Assembly (NCBI GenBank): GCA_902594675.1
Contig: CACJNE010000001.1
Span: 81,548-145,547, forward strand
Reading direction: 5' to 3'
Length of the DNA: 64,000 nt
Source of the DNA: an uncultured Pelagibacteraceae bacterium
GTDB taxonomy: Bacteria > Pseudomonadota > Alphaproteobacteria > Pelagibacterales > Pelagibacteraceae
Below the pieces are notes generated by a model that was given only the letters and a program-made list of their open reading frames with translations, was not told the origin of the DNA and did no database searches. Every line of letters begins with the position of its first letter. Position 1 is the stretch's first letter. The translations under genes and the position numbers were made by a program. This document shows, piece by piece, positions 62,943 to 64,000 of the stretch.

Positions 62943-64000
62943 TGTCTGAAATATCATCTTTAACACTTTATGAATTAATTAAAAATATTAAAGAGAAAAA
63001 AATATCTTCAAATGAAGCTGCAAAATCTTTTGTTGATAGAGCTGAAAAGTCAAAAAAAATAAATGCGTATGTAACTGAAAATTTTGAAAATTGTCTAAAA
63101 CTTTCAAAAGAGTTTGATGATAAACCAAATTTTGATTTAAAACTTCCAGGCATTCCAATTGCTGTAAAAGATCTCTTTTGCACAAATGAAGTAAGAACAA
63201 CAGCTGGAAGCAATATCTTAAATAATTTTGTACCAAACTATGAATCTACTGTAACACAAAATATATGGAACGAAGGAGGCATATTGCTTGGCAAACTTAA
63301 TTGTGATGAATTTGCAATGGGATCATCTAATGAAACAAGTTTTTTTGGCAATGTTCAAAACCCAATCGCAGAAGATTTAGTTCCTGGTGGATCATCTGGT
63401 GGTTCTTCAGCGGCTTTAGCAGCTAATTTAACACCTGTAACAATAGGCACTGACACTGGTGGATCTATTAGGCAACCTGCCTCCTTCACTGGTACAGTAG
63501 GACTAAAACCTACTTATGGCAGCTGTTCAAGATATGGAATTGTTGCTTTTGCATCATCTCTAGATCAAGCAGGTCCAATGAGCAAAGATGTCAAAGATAG
63601 CTCCATTCTTTTAGAGGTGATCTCATCATTTGATAAAAAAGATTCAACCTCAATTGATTTTAAAAGAAATAATTATTCATCAGAGCTAACTAGAAATATT
63701 AAAGGTTTAAAAATCGGTATTCCAAAAGAATATAGAGTTGATGGGATGCCAGACGAAATTGAGAAACTTTGGAAAAAAGGTATTGAGTATGCAAAAGATT
63801 GTGGAGCAGAAATAATTGACATTTCATTACCTCATACTAGCTATGCTTTACCAACTTATTATATTGTAGCGCCAGCTGAAGCATCATCTAATTTAGCAAG
63901 ATATGATGGTGTTAAATATGGTCTAAGATCTTCCGGGAAAAATTTAATTGATATGTATGAAAAAACTAGATCAGAGGGATTTGGTGAAGAAGTAAAGAGA
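62942..64000 (+). CDS. gatA: Asp/Glu-tRNA amidotransferase subunit A, 3'-partial (not in ORF track)
   Basis: ATG at 62942 (TAATG overlap); [54 protein letters not shown]. Runs off the window end. Confidence 0.96.
   Translation, partial: MSEISSLTLYELIKNIKEKKISSNEAAKSFVDRAEKSKKINAYVTENFENCLKLSKEFDDKPNFDLKLPGIPIAVKDLFCTNEVRTTAGSNILNNFVPNYESTVTQNIWNEGGILLGKLNCDEFAMGSSNETSFFGNVQNPIAEDLVPGGSSGGSSAALAANLTPVTIGTDTGGSIRQPASFTGTVGLKPTYGSCSRYGIVAFASSLDQAGPMSKDVKDSSILLEVISSFDKKDSTSIDFKRNNYSSELTRNIKGLKIGIPKEYRVDGMPDEIEKLWKKGIEYAKDCGAEIIDISLPHTSYALPTYYIVAPAEASSNLARYDGVKYGLRSSGKNLIDMYEKTRSEGFGEEVKR

Overview
Very AT-rich, tightly packed alphaproteobacterial DNA whose gene content and order fit SAR11/Pelagibacteraceae (inference). 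About 21-64 kb is core genome: rlmB, tRNA-Tyr/Gly, tuf, tRNA-Trp, secE-nusG-rplKAJL-rpoBC, the str/S10/spc/alpha ribosomal operons, then rluC-like, lipB, mgtE, panC, galU, ugd, RidA, topA, plsY, pyrC, pyrB, yqgF, gatC and partial gatA. The first 21 kb is mostly accessory: the tail of a glycosylation cluster, an array of exported proteins, and two tRNA-anchored islands with no integrase. Island 1 lies between a promoter plus 5'-half copy of tRNA-Leu(TAA) (7085-7202) and the intact tRNA-Leu (13276-13361). It carries a coupled operon: 4-TM coiled-coil protein, vWA-like protein, MotA/ExbB-like protein, MotB/ExbD-like protein, then a thermonuclease. Island 2 lies between a 49-bp 3' copy of tRNA-Thr(TGT) (15288-15336) and the intact tRNA-Thr (18747-18822). 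It carries one Mrr-like nuclease/SF2 helicase with six C-terminal repeats and no methyltransferase. In both islands the cargo is tightly bracketed by a direct repeat of 21 bp or more, built as ACTA(G/C)A-N5-ACTA(G/C)A (11-bp phase). This suggests a family of minimal cargo cassettes mobilised in trans. All calls come from reading the sequence; no searches were run.
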